Source: an uncultured bacterium
GTDB lineage: Bacteria > Actinomycetota > Acidimicrobiia > Acidimicrobiales > VFJN01
Assembly (NCBI GenBank): GCA_963717085.1
Contig: CAVQVM010000013.1
Span: forward strand, 71,442-135,441
Direction of reading: 5' to 3'
Length of the DNA stretch: 64,000 nt
The notes under the pieces were generated by a model. It saw only the letters and a list, made by a program, of their open reading frames with translations, searched no databases and was not told where the DNA came from. The translations under genes and the position numbers were made by a program. Positions 31,033 to 40,422 of this stretch are shown here, in pieces. Position 1 is the first letter of the stretch. Each line of letters opens with the position of its first letter.

Positions 31033-31877
31033 CGGTCCGCGGACGGGGTCCAGATGCCGGTGGCGGCGGTCCGGCTGGCGTAGTCGGTGAAGTCCCGGGC
31101 CGGCCGGCCCAGGGCCCGCTGCACATCGTCGGTGACGTAGGCCTTGTTGCCGAGGACGTCGCTGAACAGGTAGGTCAGGAATTCGACGAGCTCGGCGGGG
31201 ACGCCGTGCTCGGCGGCACCGGTCGCGTAGTCCTCCACCGACACCGGCACGTAGGTGATGTCCCGGCCGCTCGCCTTGGCGATCTCGGCGATGGCCTCGG
31301 GGAAGCTCAGCAACCGCGGGCTGGTCAGCTCATAGACCTGCCCCGCGTGGCCGGGCTCGGTGAGCGCCGCCACCGCGACGTCGGCGATGTCGTCGGCGTC
31401 GACGAACGGGTCGAGCTGCCCGTCGTCGGCCGGGAACACGACCTCGCCGGCCAGGATCGGGTCCAGCAGGTAGTCCTCGCTGAAGATCTGCATGAACCAG
31501 GCGCAGCGCACGATGGTCACGTCGGCGCCGGTGTCCTGAACCTCACGCTCGGCCCGCTGGGCCTCGTCCTCGCCTCGGCCGGTCAGCAGCACCAGCCGGG
31601 TGACGCCTTGCTCGATCGCGAGTTCGGCGAACGCCCGGACGGCCTTCGTTGCTCCCGGGATGACGAGATCGGGGTAGGGGATGTATGCCGCCCGCACGCC
31701 CTGCAGCACCGGCGTCCAGGTGGACTGGTCGCCCCAGTCGAAGGGCGGCCGTCCCGAACGGGAGCCCACCCGCACAGGGAGGCCCCGTGCGCCGAGCCGA
31801 GCGACGACCCGGCGCCCGGTCTTGCCCGTGCCGCCGAGCACCAGTGTGGGCCGTTCGTTGTGTGAGATCTCGGTCAT
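31029..31877 (-). CDS. NmrA-like NAD(P)H-binding protein
   Basis: LVLGGTGKTGRRV, FVDADDIADVA, ALGRPARDF. Confidence 0.9.
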   Translation of the reverse strand: MTEISHNERPTLVLGGTGKTGRRVVARLGARGLPVRVGSRSGRPPFDWGDQSTWTPVLQGVRAAYIPYPDLVIPGATKAVRAFAELAIEQGVTRLVLLTGRGEDEAQRAEREVQDTGADVTIVRCAWFMQIFSEDYLLDPILAGEVVFPADDGQLDPFVDADDIADVAVAALTEPGHAGQVYELTSPRLLSFPEAIAEIAKASGRDITYVPVSVEDYATGAAEHGVPAELVEFLTYLFSDVLGNKAYVTDDVQRALGRPARDFTDYASRTAATGIWTPSADR

Positions 31878-32021
31878 GGTCGGTCCTCTCTTGACTGGGC
31901 GATGTACCTGCCGTCCACTCTGAGGGAGCTGATCCGGTGGAACAATGCTCGCCCGTCGCTCATTCATGCCCGTTCGTCCAGCTTCTGTGGACGCTCGCGT
32001 TCCGGGCGGCAGACTGGGCCC

Positions 32022-33008
32022 GTGCGAGGCGAGGATCCTTGGACCACACCCGACCCGCTGGGCGAGGCGCTGCACGTCCTGCGCATGTCGGGCACCTTCT
32101 ACTGCCGGTCCGACCTCACGGCCCCCTGGGGGCTCGACCTCCCGCCCGAGCCCCAGTCGATGTGGTTCCACGTCGTGAACGCCGGGCGCTGCTGGCTCGA
32201 GGTCGGCGGCGACGAGCCCCGGCAGCTGCACCCCGGCGACTTCGCCCTGGTGCCGCACGGCCAGGGCCACCTACTGCGCAGCGAGCCCGGTGCGCCGGCC
32301 CCCCGGGTCGACGAGCTGGACTACGACTACGCCAGCGACCGCTACGCGATCCTGCGGTACGGCGGCGGTGGGGCGCCCACGAGCATCGTGTGCGGCACCG
32401 TCCGCTTCGGGCACCCGGCGGCCCGCAACCTGGTGGCGCTGCTGCCGCGCGCGATCCTCATCGAGGGGGCGCCGGCGTCGCCGTCGCCCGAGGCCGACTG
32501 GATGCACAGCACGCTCCGGCTCATCGCCGCCGAGGGGCGGGAGCTGAGGCCAGGCGGCGAGGCCGTGATCACGCGCCTGTCGGACATCCTGGTCATCCAG
32601 GCCGTCCGCTCGTGGATCGCCGGCGACCCGGCGGGCCAGACCGGGTGGCTCGGTGCACTGCAGGATCCCCGCATCGGCCGGGCCATGTCGCTCGTGCACC
32701 GCGACCCGTCCCAGCCCTGGTCGGTGGCGTCGCTGGCGCGGGAGACGGCCATGTCGCGGTCGGCGTTCGCGGCCCGGTTCACCGAACTGGTGGGTGAGCC
32801 CGTGATGCAGTACGTGACCCGGTGGCGGATGCAGGTGGCGCTCGACTGGCTGCAACACGACGATGTCCCCGTCGCGGTGCTCGCCGACCGCCTGGGTTAC
32901 GAGTCCGAAGCGGCATTCAGCCGCGCCTTCAAGCGCACGGTCGGCATCTCCCCGGGCGCGGCCCGCCGGTCGCCGCCGGAGACACTCCCCGAGACACTCT
33001 CGGCCTGA
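32022..33008 (+). CDS. AraC family regulator (cupin_6 + HTH)
   Basis: APWG, FHVV, WSVASLA...MSRSAFAARF...GYESEAAFSRAFKR; divergent from the NmrA-DUF1772 operon. Confidence 0.92.
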   Translation: MRGEDPWTTPDPLGEALHVLRMSGTFYCRSDLTAPWGLDLPPEPQSMWFHVVNAGRCWLEVGGDEPRQLHPGDFALVPHGQGHLLRSEPGAPAPRVDELDYDYASDRYAILRYGGGGAPTSIVCGTVRFGHPAARNLVALLPRAILIEGAPASPSPEADWMHSTLRLIAAEGRELRPGGEAVITRLSDILVIQAVRSWIAGDPAGQTGWLGALQDPRIGRAMSLVHRDPSQPWSVASLARETAMSRSAFAARFTELVGEPVMQYVTRWRMQVALDWLQHDDVPVAVLADRLGYESEAAFSRAFKRTVGISPGAARRSPPETLPETLSA

Positions 33009-33049
33009 CGGGCCACTGTGCGGCCGGTGCCGCCGGGGCCACCGATCGG

Positions 33050-33090
33050 TGCCTACCGGCCGGGCCTCGTCGTTCTGTAGGCGGGCACGA
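33050..33090 (-). repeat. Shortened copy of the intergenic repeat
   Basis: Minus strand tgcccgcctacagaacgacgaggcccggccggtaggc. Confidence 0.5.
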
Positions 33091-33290
33091 ACCTCACGCT
33101 GGAGGGGCCGAGCCCCCTCTCCATGTGCATCGCCGAGAGGACGAAGCGTTCTATGTCCTTGAGGGTGAGTACAGCGTCTTCATTGCGGACGACGTGATCA
33201 CGGCGTCTCCAGGCACCTGGTCTGGGGACCGCGAGGTGTGCCGCACGGTTATCAGGTCCATTCGGAGCGCGGCCCGCATCTGAGCCTCGT
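33085..33290 (+). pseudogene. Cupin fragment lacking its N-terminus
   Basis: PPLHVHRREDEAFYVLEGE, then frameshifted PRGVPH. Confidence 0.7.
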
Positions 33291-33400
33291 GGACCTACCC
33301 GATCACTCCTCCCGCCGGCATGAGTGCGGAGAACCCCAACTACCCGCTGGTCTCCCGCGGCCAACCTTGCTGCCGGCCGTCGTGTCGCTCGTGTTCGCGC

Positions 33401-34156
33401 TCAGGTGATGATGGCTCCGCAGGTGATGTTGATCGCCGACGCGGTGATGGTGCGCGCCCGCTCGGAGGCCGCGAAGGCAGCGACGTTGCCGACGTCGTCC
33501 AGCATCGCTCCACGACCGAGCAGGGTCGGCGCGACCAACGACTCGACCAGCGCGTCGCGACCCTCGAAGTCGGCGGGGATCGAGTCGATCACACCGCCGG
33601 TCAGCAGCGACACCACCCGGATGCCGTGGCGGCCGAGCTCGCTTGCCAGCTGCTTGCGCAGGGCCTCGACGGCTGTGAGGGAGATCTGGAATCCGCCGAT
33701 GTTGTAGTCACGGATCGGGTCACCTTCGCCGCCGAACACCAGGATGACCCCTGAGCCCTGGCGGATCATGTGACGGCCGGCGGCGCGTGCGGTCACATAG
33801 GCCGAGCGAATGGCGTTGTGGATCGGCCGCTCGAAGTCGGCGAGATCCATCTCCACCAGGGGCGTGCCCTGCACGTCGCCCGTCGAGATGAGGTTCATCG
33901 AGATGTCGAGGGTTCCGTGGTCGCGCACCAGCTCGTCGGCATGTGCGTCCACGGCGCGCTCGTCGAGGGCGTCGACCTGCGCAACCGTCGCCGTGCCACC
34001 GTCCTGACGGATCTCCCCTGCAACCTGCTCCAGCTTGGCCAGCGTTCGTCCGGCGAGGTGCACGGTGGCGCCTTCACGGGCGAAGGCGCGGGCGACCGCA
34101 CCACCGATGGTGCCGCCGCCGCCATAGATCACTGCGTTCTTGCGCTCCAGCAACAT
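33401..34156 (-). CDS. SDR family oxidoreductase
   Basis: KNAVIYGGGGTIGG, VDALDE, DVGNVAAF. Confidence 0.9.
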   Translation of the reverse strand: MLLERKNAVIYGGGGTIGGAVARAFAREGATVHLAGRTLAKLEQVAGEIRQDGGTATVAQVDALDERAVDAHADELVRDHGTLDISMNLISTGDVQGTPLVEMDLADFERPIHNAIRSAYVTARAAGRHMIRQGSGVILVFGGEGDPIRDYNIGGFQISLTAVEALRKQLASELGRHGIRVVSLLTGGVIDSIPADFEGRDALVESLVAPTLLGRGAMLDDVGNVAAFAASERARTITASAINITCGAIIT

Positions 34157-34304
34157 CGCGTCCCTCCTCGGGCATGCGTCGGAGATTGGGAATCCCTTCA
34201 CGACGACTGAGGCACCGACTACTCATCGGTCGCCTGCCTCCGAATCTCGGTTGCACCCTGTTTCTAGGGATGGGGCCCCAAGCCGAGCCACCGGGTGCGA
34301 GGGG

Positions 34305-34511
34305 TCAAGCGGGCGGGACGACGATGTCCTTGACCTCCGCCATGTAGCGTCCGGCGGCCGCGGAGGCCGCCTCCGGGGTGTCTCCGCGCTGGCGGGCGTC
34401 CATGTACGCCGCGTACCAGTCCCACCAGTCGTGCGGTGGGGCGACTGCCTCGAACGAGCCGTGATGCTCGGCCGTCTCGTGCAGAAGCTGTGCGAGATCC
34501 GCAACGTCCAT
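34305..34511 (-). CDS. Small hypothetical protein downstream of a VOC gene
   Basis: LAQLLHETAEHHGSFE...HDWWDWYAAYM. Confidence 0.75.
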   Translation of the reverse strand: MDVADLAQLLHETAEHHGSFEAVAPPHDWWDWYAAYMDARQRGDTPEAASAAAGRYMAEVKDIVVPPA

Positions 34512-34513
34512 CG

Positions 34514-34759
34514 TCACACCCGCCCCGGAAGCCGCTCGGTGGTCTCCTGCAGCAGCCAACCGTTGCCGTCGGGATCGTTGAACGAGGCATACGAGCCGTA
34601 GGAACGGCCATGGGGATCTGGACCCGCGGCGCGCCCCTCGGCGCCGGCGCCGGCGGAGACGTCGGCGCCGAGCCGGCATTCCAGCCCCGCTTCGCAGACG
34701 TGCATGGCTTTGTCGACGCCGCTGACGGGCACGACGACGACCTCGAGCTTCAGGTCCAT
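34514..34759 (-). pseudogene. VOC family protein with internal deletion
   Basis: MDLKLEVVVVPVSGVDKA joined almost directly to GPDP...SYGSYASFNDPDGNGWLLQE; central segment missing. Confidence 0.7.
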
Positions 34760-34809
34760 GACTTGGACTCCTTTCACTTCTACGGTGGCGCCGGGTGACG
34801 CCACGCCGG

Positions 34810-35931
34810 TCAGCCGGCGGTGAAGATGTCTTCGGGTAGGAAGGCGGACACGAGCATGTTGGGCACGTCGACGAGCTGGCTGACCTTGAGGTCGACGGCG
34901 ACGCTGCAGATGGCGTAGGCCTCCTGGCGTGTCCAGCCTCGCTCGGTCAGGTGGTCGATCATGTTGAGGAGCGCGTTGCGGGCGGCAAGCGAGACGTCCT
35001 CGGAGTGGTCGACGCCGTCTTTGGTGACCGAGATGCCGGTAGTGGCGTAGAACCGACGCGGTGCGGCGAACTCGGGTGGCAGGTAGTAGTCCTGCCTGGT
35101 GAACCGGAGGTGGCGGATGCCCTTGTCCGCCGCCTCGCCCTTGCGCAGCTCGAACTGGACGTGCAGCGTCGCGTCCATCTCGATGGCGGTGCCGCAGGTC
35201 TCGCAGTCGCCCTGGGCGAAGTGGGCGTCGCCGGCGGAGAACAGCCCACCGGGGGTGTCCACGGGGATGAGGAGGTGCGCGCCCTTGCTGAGCTGCTTGA
35301 TGTCGACGTTGCCGGCCTGCTCGCGGGGCGGGACGGTCCGCAGGGCGTGGGCGGCGATGTTCGGGTCGGTGGGGACGGCTCCTGCGGCCGACGGGGGGAG
35401 CACGAAGCCGCCGCGGTCGAGCAACGCCTGTTCGCGGGCGGTGGTGCCGGCGAGCAGCTCGTGGCCGGGAGACAGGCCGATCGTGCCCATGAACGGGGCT
35501 CCGGGGATGCGGACGCCGGGAAGGTTGTCGGAGGTGGCCCAGCCCCCGGCGATGTCCCAGTTGACCTTGAAGGGCTCGGGGAACTCGTCGCGGAGGAACC
35601 CGAACCCGGGTACCTGGACGGTGTAGCCGTAGCGGTCGGGTTCGACGTCGAGGATCTCGATGTCGAGCAGGTCGCCCGGCTCGGCGCCGTCGATGTAGAC
35701 GGGGCCGGTCAGGGGATGCACCACGTCGAGGTTCGCAGCGGCGACGTCGTCCCGCGAGGTGGCGGGGCCCAACTGTCCGTCGAAGGCGTCACGGGTCTCG
35801 AGGATCACCTCGTCGCCGGGGTCGCAGTGGATCACCGGTGGGATGTCGGGGTGCCAGCGGTTGTGGCCGGTGCCGGGCTCCTCCACCAGCGTCTTGGTCC
35901 GGTCGATGCGGATCTCCGGCGTGGTCTTCAT
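34810..35931 (-). CDS. Acetamidase/formamidase family protein
   Basis: HNRWHPDIPP, HPLTGPV, GNVDIK, GDAHFAQGDCE, AIEM. Confidence 0.92.
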   Translation of the reverse strand: MKTTPEIRIDRTKTLVEEPGTGHNRWHPDIPPVIHCDPGDEVILETRDAFDGQLGPATSRDDVAAANLDVVHPLTGPVYIDGAEPGDLLDIEILDVEPDRYGYTVQVPGFGFLRDEFPEPFKVNWDIAGGWATSDNLPGVRIPGAPFMGTIGLSPGHELLAGTTAREQALLDRGGFVLPPSAAGAVPTDPNIAAHALRTVPPREQAGNVDIKQLSKGAHLLIPVDTPGGLFSAGDAHFAQGDCETCGTAIEMDATLHVQFELRKGEAADKGIRHLRFTRQDYYLPPEFAAPRRFYATTGISVTKDGVDHSEDVSLAARNALLNMIDHLTERGWTRQEAYAICSVAVDLKVSQLVDVPNMLVSAFLPEDIFTAG

Positions 35932-36704
35932 CGGGTTCCTCCCCGGTTGGACAGGAGCTGCTGGCCGCCGTCGATGTCATAGGTCGCCCCAGTGAGCGCG
36001 GTGTTGGTCATGAGGTGCACCGCCAGCGCCGCGACATCGGCCGGTCCGACGACGCGGCCGATGGGGAGCGTGGCACGGAGCTCGGCGCGGCGGGCGTCAA
36101 GCTGGTCGCCGAGCAGCGACGCCGACAAGGGCGTGTCGACGAAGCCGGCGGCGATGAGGTTCGCCCGGATCGGCGCCAGCTCGACCGCCAGGCTCGCGAC
36201 CAGCGCCGGGAGCGCCGCCGTCATCGCCGAGATGAGCGTGAGACCGACGCCGGCGCTGCGGCCACTGGTGCCGCCCATGAACAGCAGCGTGCCCGGCGGT
36301 CGCATCCGGGCGGCGCCGTAGCGGGCGACGGCGAGCGTCACCACGATGCGATCGTCGACGTCGCGCCGCGCCGCCTCGAAGTCCATGTCGGCCAGCGACG
36401 AGTAGTACGGGCCGGGCCCGGTGACCATGACGTGATCGATCGGCCCCGGCAGATCCTCGAAGAACCGTTCGAGGCGCCCGAGATCGGTGACGTCGAACGC
36501 CGCCGTACCAGACGCGTCGACCTGGTCGGCGGCGGCTTGGAGGCGGTCGGGATCGCGGGCGGTCAGGACCACCGCGGCGCCGCGAGCCCGTGCAAGACGG
36601 GCGGTCTCGAGCCCGATGCCCGCGCTCCCACCGATGACGACGACGGTCTGGCCGAGCAGGTCCTGATGGTCGCCCGTGTCAGGAGCGACGGTTGCGCCGG
36701 TCAT
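35928..36704 (-). CDS. SDR family oxidoreductase
   Basis: VVVIGGSAGIG, LAVELAPIRAN, TGATYDIDGG. Confidence 0.9.
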   Translation of the reverse strand: MTGATVAPDTGDHQDLLGQTVVVIGGSAGIGLETARLARARGAAVVLTARDPDRLQAAADQVDASGTAAFDVTDLGRLERFFEDLPGPIDHVMVTGPGPYYSSLADMDFEAARRDVDDRIVVTLAVARYGAARMRPPGTLLFMGGTSGRSAGVGLTLISAMTAALPALVASLAVELAPIRANLIAAGFVDTPLSASLLGDQLDARRAELRATLPIGRVVGPADVAALAVHLMTNTALTGATYDIDGGQQLLSNRGGTR

Positions 36705-37228
36705 GGTGCCTCCCGGGTGAGGGCCGCGAACACCGCGCCCGTTGTGACGCCGAACAGGAGGTGGTCCGACAGGTCCACGCCCAGCGTCCGCGCGTCGTAC
36801 TCCCAGATCGGCTTGTACACCCCGGCCAACGGGAGAACCACGTAGCCCGCGAGCCACGCCGCCGGGCCCAACGCGAGCCCACGGATCCACGGGTACCCGG
36901 ACGTCCTGCCGGCCAGCGCGCCGTACTGGAGACCCCAACCGATGCCCGTGGCCCAGTGCACGAGGTTCGTCGTGGTCCGAGCCCACCGATCGGGGGGCGG
37001 CCGCCCCGTGACGAAGCGCTCCACCTTCTGGCCGACTTGGCCCGGAGCCGACGCCTCGTCCCAGCTCGTCACGCCGGCCGCGAGCTCCCACCGCCAGAGG
37101 GACTCCTTGCCGCCCTCCCGGCGGTAGCGCAGGTACTGCACGACGTCCATCGCGGCCGTGCCGACCGCGCCGGCCACCGCACCGGCGGCGAGGTGACGAA
37201 CGATGCCGAAACCGCGTGCGTTGCCCAC
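36701..37228 (-). CDS. Hypothetical membrane protein
   Basis: AGAVGTAAMD, HWATGIGWG, PLAGVYKPIWEYD, HLLFG. Confidence 0.75.
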   Translation of the reverse strand: MGNARGFGIVRHLAAGAVAGAVGTAAMDVVQYLRYRREGGKESLWRWELAAGVTSWDEASAPGQVGQKVERFVTGRPPPDRWARTTTNLVHWATGIGWGLQYGALAGRTSGYPWIRGLALGPAAWLAGYVVLPLAGVYKPIWEYDARTLGVDLSDHLLFGVTTGAVFAALTREAP

Positions 37229-37593
37229 GAGAAGAGCCTCCTGGTGACGTTCGTCTTCGCGAGGTCGAGCAGCTCGTCGCCCCGTCCGGAGAGCACGCTC
37301 CTCGTGGCGTACAGCGTGAAGCCCTTGATCTGCTCGAGGGTGATCGTCGGCGGCAACGAGAGTTCCTGTCGTGCGGTCACGACATCGACCAGGGCGCACT
37401 CGTCGTGATCGAACGCCGCCCGAAGCGCGAACGCCGCCGCCTCCTCGTGCCGTACGTGCTCCCACGCCAAGTTCCCGTTGCGGCGCAACGCATCGGTGAG
37501 CCCGTTCAAGGAATCCCCGGGGAGCCCGTACACACGACGCACGCCGGCCTTTGCCACCGTCTCGACCACCAGGTCCGAGGTGGTGAACGACAT
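37229..37593 (-). pseudogene. poxB: Pyruvate dehydrogenase/oxidase (PoxB-like) reduced to its N- and C-termini
   Basis: GVRRVYGLPGDSLNG...HVRHEEAAAFA fused in frame to LRAAFDHD...LVDVVTARQEL...KGFTLY...GRGDEL. Confidence 0.8.
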
Positions 37594-37706
37594 GGGGGGC
37601 GCTCCTGTGTCGTCGGCGCCCGTGGCATGACGATCGCGCGGCCGGCGCCTGGTCGCTACCTCAGAATCCTGATACCCGAGTCAACCCCAGGCGCCCCCCG
37701 CCAGCG

Positions 37707-37880
37707 TCAGTTCAGCGAGCACCTCTCGGCTGGCCGCATCGTGACCCTGCCCTGCTGGTCGACGACGACGATCACGTGTGCCGCGTCGTCCACGAGCGTG
37801 ACGGCATGATCGAGGGTGCGTGCGGCGTGCGACGCGTCGGCCAGCGCGGCCACCGTGAGTCCAAAGTTGTGCGTGCTCAG
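37707..37880 (-). CDS. Small hypothetical protein or fragment, paralog of 43873-44100
   Basis: HNFGLTVAALADASHAARTLDHAVTLVDDAAHVIVVVDQQGRVTMRP. Confidence 0.55.
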   Translation of the reverse strand: MSTHNFGLTVAALADASHAARTLDHAVTLVDDAAHVIVVVDQQGRVTMRPAERCSLN

Positions 37881-38000
37881 GGCTCGATCGAGGGTGGCCA
37901 CATTGCCGAGATCGTCTCTTTCCATGAGCCGGCGCTGTTCCTGGCGTTCGGCCTGCCCGAGACCCTGCCGGCCGAGCCGGCCGATGAGGGGCGAACAGTT
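37870..38000 (+). pseudogene. C-terminal remnant of a SigG-like ECF sigma factor (SnoaL-type extension)
   Basis: IEGGHIAEIVSFHEPALFLAFGLPETL. Confidence 0.5.
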
Positions 38001-38053
38001 TCCCGCCGAGCCACCGTCACAACACCGGTGACAACCCTTGACCCGGAGGCATC

Positions 38054-38611
38054 ATGGCCAAGCTCATCTACGCCGCGCTCACATCCCTCGACGGCTTCAT
38101 AGAGGACGAGGAGGGCCGGTTCGACTGGGCCGTGCCCGACGCCGAGGTGCACGAGTTCGTCAACGACCTCGGGCGGCCCGTCGGCACCCACCTCTACGGC
38201 CGGCGCATGTACGAGACGATGGCCGTCTGGCAGACGGTCGGCGACGAGCCCGGGCTGCCGGTCGCCGAGGCGGACTTCGCCGAAACATGGCGCGCCCTGG
38301 ACAAGGTTGTGTACTCGCGCACGCTCGACGCCGTGTCGACGCCCCGCACCCGGCTCGAGCGCACGTTCGACCCTGAGGCCGTGCGCAGCATGAAGGAGGC
38401 CGCCGACCGCGACATCAGCGTCAGCGGCCCCGGCCTGGCGCAGCACGCGTTCCGGGCCGGGCTGGTGGACGAGGTCCATCTGTTCGTTTTCCCGGTCGTC
38501 GTGGGCGGCGGCAAGCCGGGGCTGCCCCGGGACGTCCGGGTGGACCTCGAGCTGCTCGACACGCGACGGTTCGGCAACGGCGTGGTGCACATGCATCACC
38601 GCACGCGGTGA
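38054..38611 (+). CDS. Dihydrofolate reductase-like (RibD C-terminal) protein
   Basis: SLDGFI, LYGRRMYE, KVVYSRTL, LVDE...PVVVGGG. Confidence 0.92.
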   Translation: MAKLIYAALTSLDGFIEDEEGRFDWAVPDAEVHEFVNDLGRPVGTHLYGRRMYETMAVWQTVGDEPGLPVAEADFAETWRALDKVVYSRTLDAVSTPRTRLERTFDPEAVRSMKEAADRDISVSGPGLAQHAFRAGLVDEVHLFVFPVVVGGGKPGLPRDVRVDLELLDTRRFGNGVVHMHHRTR

Positions 38612-38685
38612 GCTGGTTGACCGCTGAGATGGAGCCGCTATGAGTGCGGGAGACAGCGGGATGCAATTGCCTCGTTCGCCCGGGT

Positions 38686-40095
38686 TCAGCGGCTCAGGCT
38701 GGAGGCCGTCGCTCGCAACCGCTCGGCGTTGGCGAGGGCGGGCTCCATGTGCTCGAACCACCTACCGAGTGCCGCTTGCATCCGGGGGTCCCCCATGTGG
38801 TCGTTCATGCCGCGGGTCGTGTTGAGCCGGCAGGTCCCCAGCCAGGCGGCCAGGTCGGGCTCCTGAAGCATCTGAGTGATGACACGGAAGCCGCCCTCGA
38901 ACACGCTGATCCAGTCGGTCGACTGGCTGGGGTAGGCCGTCGGGGGGCAGAGCCGGTTCTTGTCAGCGTCATTGTCCCGTGCCGCCTCAACGAAGCCGAC
39001 CATGGCGGCGTTGAAGGTGGTGAAGCCGCCCATGAGTGACTGGGGCGTGATTCGCCCCTCTTCGAAGATCGGCCGAGGCGCCACTTCCCGCAGCCCGTAG
39101 GCCGTGCAGTCGACGTGGACGGTGCCGCGGTCCGTTGGGATCTCGTCGTCGTCGAGCAGGATCCGGTCGGTGTCGATGCGATGTACCCGTCCCTGCCGGA
39201 CGACCCGCTCGATCTGCATCAGGGTCCGGTGCTCGGCTGGGCTGACGATTGCGCCGCGGAACATCGTCGGCTCGACGGCAGGGTCGAGGCGCAGGAGCGC
39301 CCCGCACGCCTCGAGCCGGCGGAAGAGGTCGTCGAGGTTCTCGGCCTCGGCGAGGGACTCCAGCACCAACGAGAGGCTCTCGACGGTCGAGGCGACCAGA
39401 TCGAGCGGCTGCCAGGACGCCCGGTTCATCAGCCAGGCGTCCCGCGGTCGGACCCAGCGGATCTTGTCCGGATCGACACCGTTGTCGAGCAGGAAGCTGC
39501 ACGCATCCATGGCTGTCTTGCCGGCGCCGAGCACGGTGAAGCCCGAGGGCGGCTCGGTGACGTCGACCAGCTCGCCCACGGGGATCAGCTTGACCCCTGC
39601 ACCGACAGTGAATGCAGGCGTGTGCGTCGCCGGCACCGACGTCTCGAGGTAGGTGGCGTCGACAACCTTCTGACGCACCCGCACCGTCGTCGTCTCGCCG
39701 GTGAGTCCCGAGCTGAAGGCGTGGTCGCCTGCGTGGTGGCCGCCATAGTCGCACTGCCCGAAGAAGCGGACCTGACCCGAGCCCACCAATTGCTCGTCGA
39801 GCACCCGCCGGAAGTAGTCGCAGATCTCCACGCCGGTGGCTCGCTCGTAGAACCCGGCGTTCGGTCCGGAGGCATCGATCGTCTCGGTGCCCAACGGTCG
39901 TGAGGTGACGCCGTAGGTGGACGACGGCTGGTGGAGCCGAACGAAGGGATAGGCGTCGTTCCAGTGCCCGCCCGGACTGTGGCGCCGGTCCACCATCACA
40001 ACATCGACCTCGGCATCGGCGATCAGCGCGTCGGTGAACGCCATCCCGGACGCGCCCGCGCCGATCACCAGGTAGTCGGTCTCGATCTCCGCCAC
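38686..40095 (-). CDS. FAD/NAD(P)-binding oxidoreductase
   Basis: DYLVIGAGASG, GGHWNDAYPFVRLHQPS, LGAGKTAMD. Confidence 0.9.
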   Translation of the reverse strand: MAEIETDYLVIGAGASGMAFTDALIADAEVDVVMVDRRHSPGGHWNDAYPFVRLHQPSSTYGVTSRPLGTETIDASGPNAGFYERATGVEICDYFRRVLDEQLVGSGQVRFFGQCDYGGHHAGDHAFSSGLTGETTTVRVRQKVVDATYLETSVPATHTPAFTVGAGVKLIPVGELVDVTEPPSGFTVLGAGKTAMDACSFLLDNGVDPDKIRWVRPRDAWLMNRASWQPLDLVASTVESLSLVLESLAEAENLDDLFRRLEACGALLRLDPAVEPTMFRGAIVSPAEHRTLMQIERVVRQGRVHRIDTDRILLDDDEIPTDRGTVHVDCTAYGLREVAPRPIFEEGRITPQSLMGGFTTFNAAMVGFVEAARDNDADKNRLCPPTAYPSQSTDWISVFEGGFRVITQMLQEPDLAAWLGTCRLNTTRGMNDHMGDPRMQAALGRWFEHMEPALANAERLRATASSLSR

Positions 40096-40253
40096 ACCCG
40101 CCTCCCGTGTAGCCCTGCCTCGAAGAATGCGTGCCTCACACCCTCGCAGCCACGTTTCGCGCCAACCAGGGCCGGATCGGTTGGTTGGGCAGAGTAGGCG
40201 CCCTCGAGCTCTGCAGCAGCCGAGTTTGGGGGCAGCCCACCGGTTGTCGGCCC

Positions 40254-40318
40254 GAGGCAATGACGACCGTTCCCGAACCCTGAGGCAATGACGAACGCTT
40301 TCCGTGCGTCATTGCCTC
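40254..40318. promoter_or_regulatory. Three copies of GAGGCAATGACG (two direct, one inverted); possible operator
   Basis: Direct copies at 40254-40265 and 40282-40293; reverse complement at 40307-40318. Confidence 0.45.
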
Positions 40319-40422
40319 GCCCTCGCCAAAGCGTTCGGTATTGCCCCGGGGCCTCGGCCTCACCGCCGGGGCGGCAACCACGGTTGCCCCGGAGTCCTCG
40401 AACGGCCGGCCCAACGCCCGCG

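Noticed and set aside
29886-33008. AraC-NmrA-tandem DUF1772 cluster as novel
   Set aside because: This module is common in Actinomycetota; only the duplication is mildly notable.
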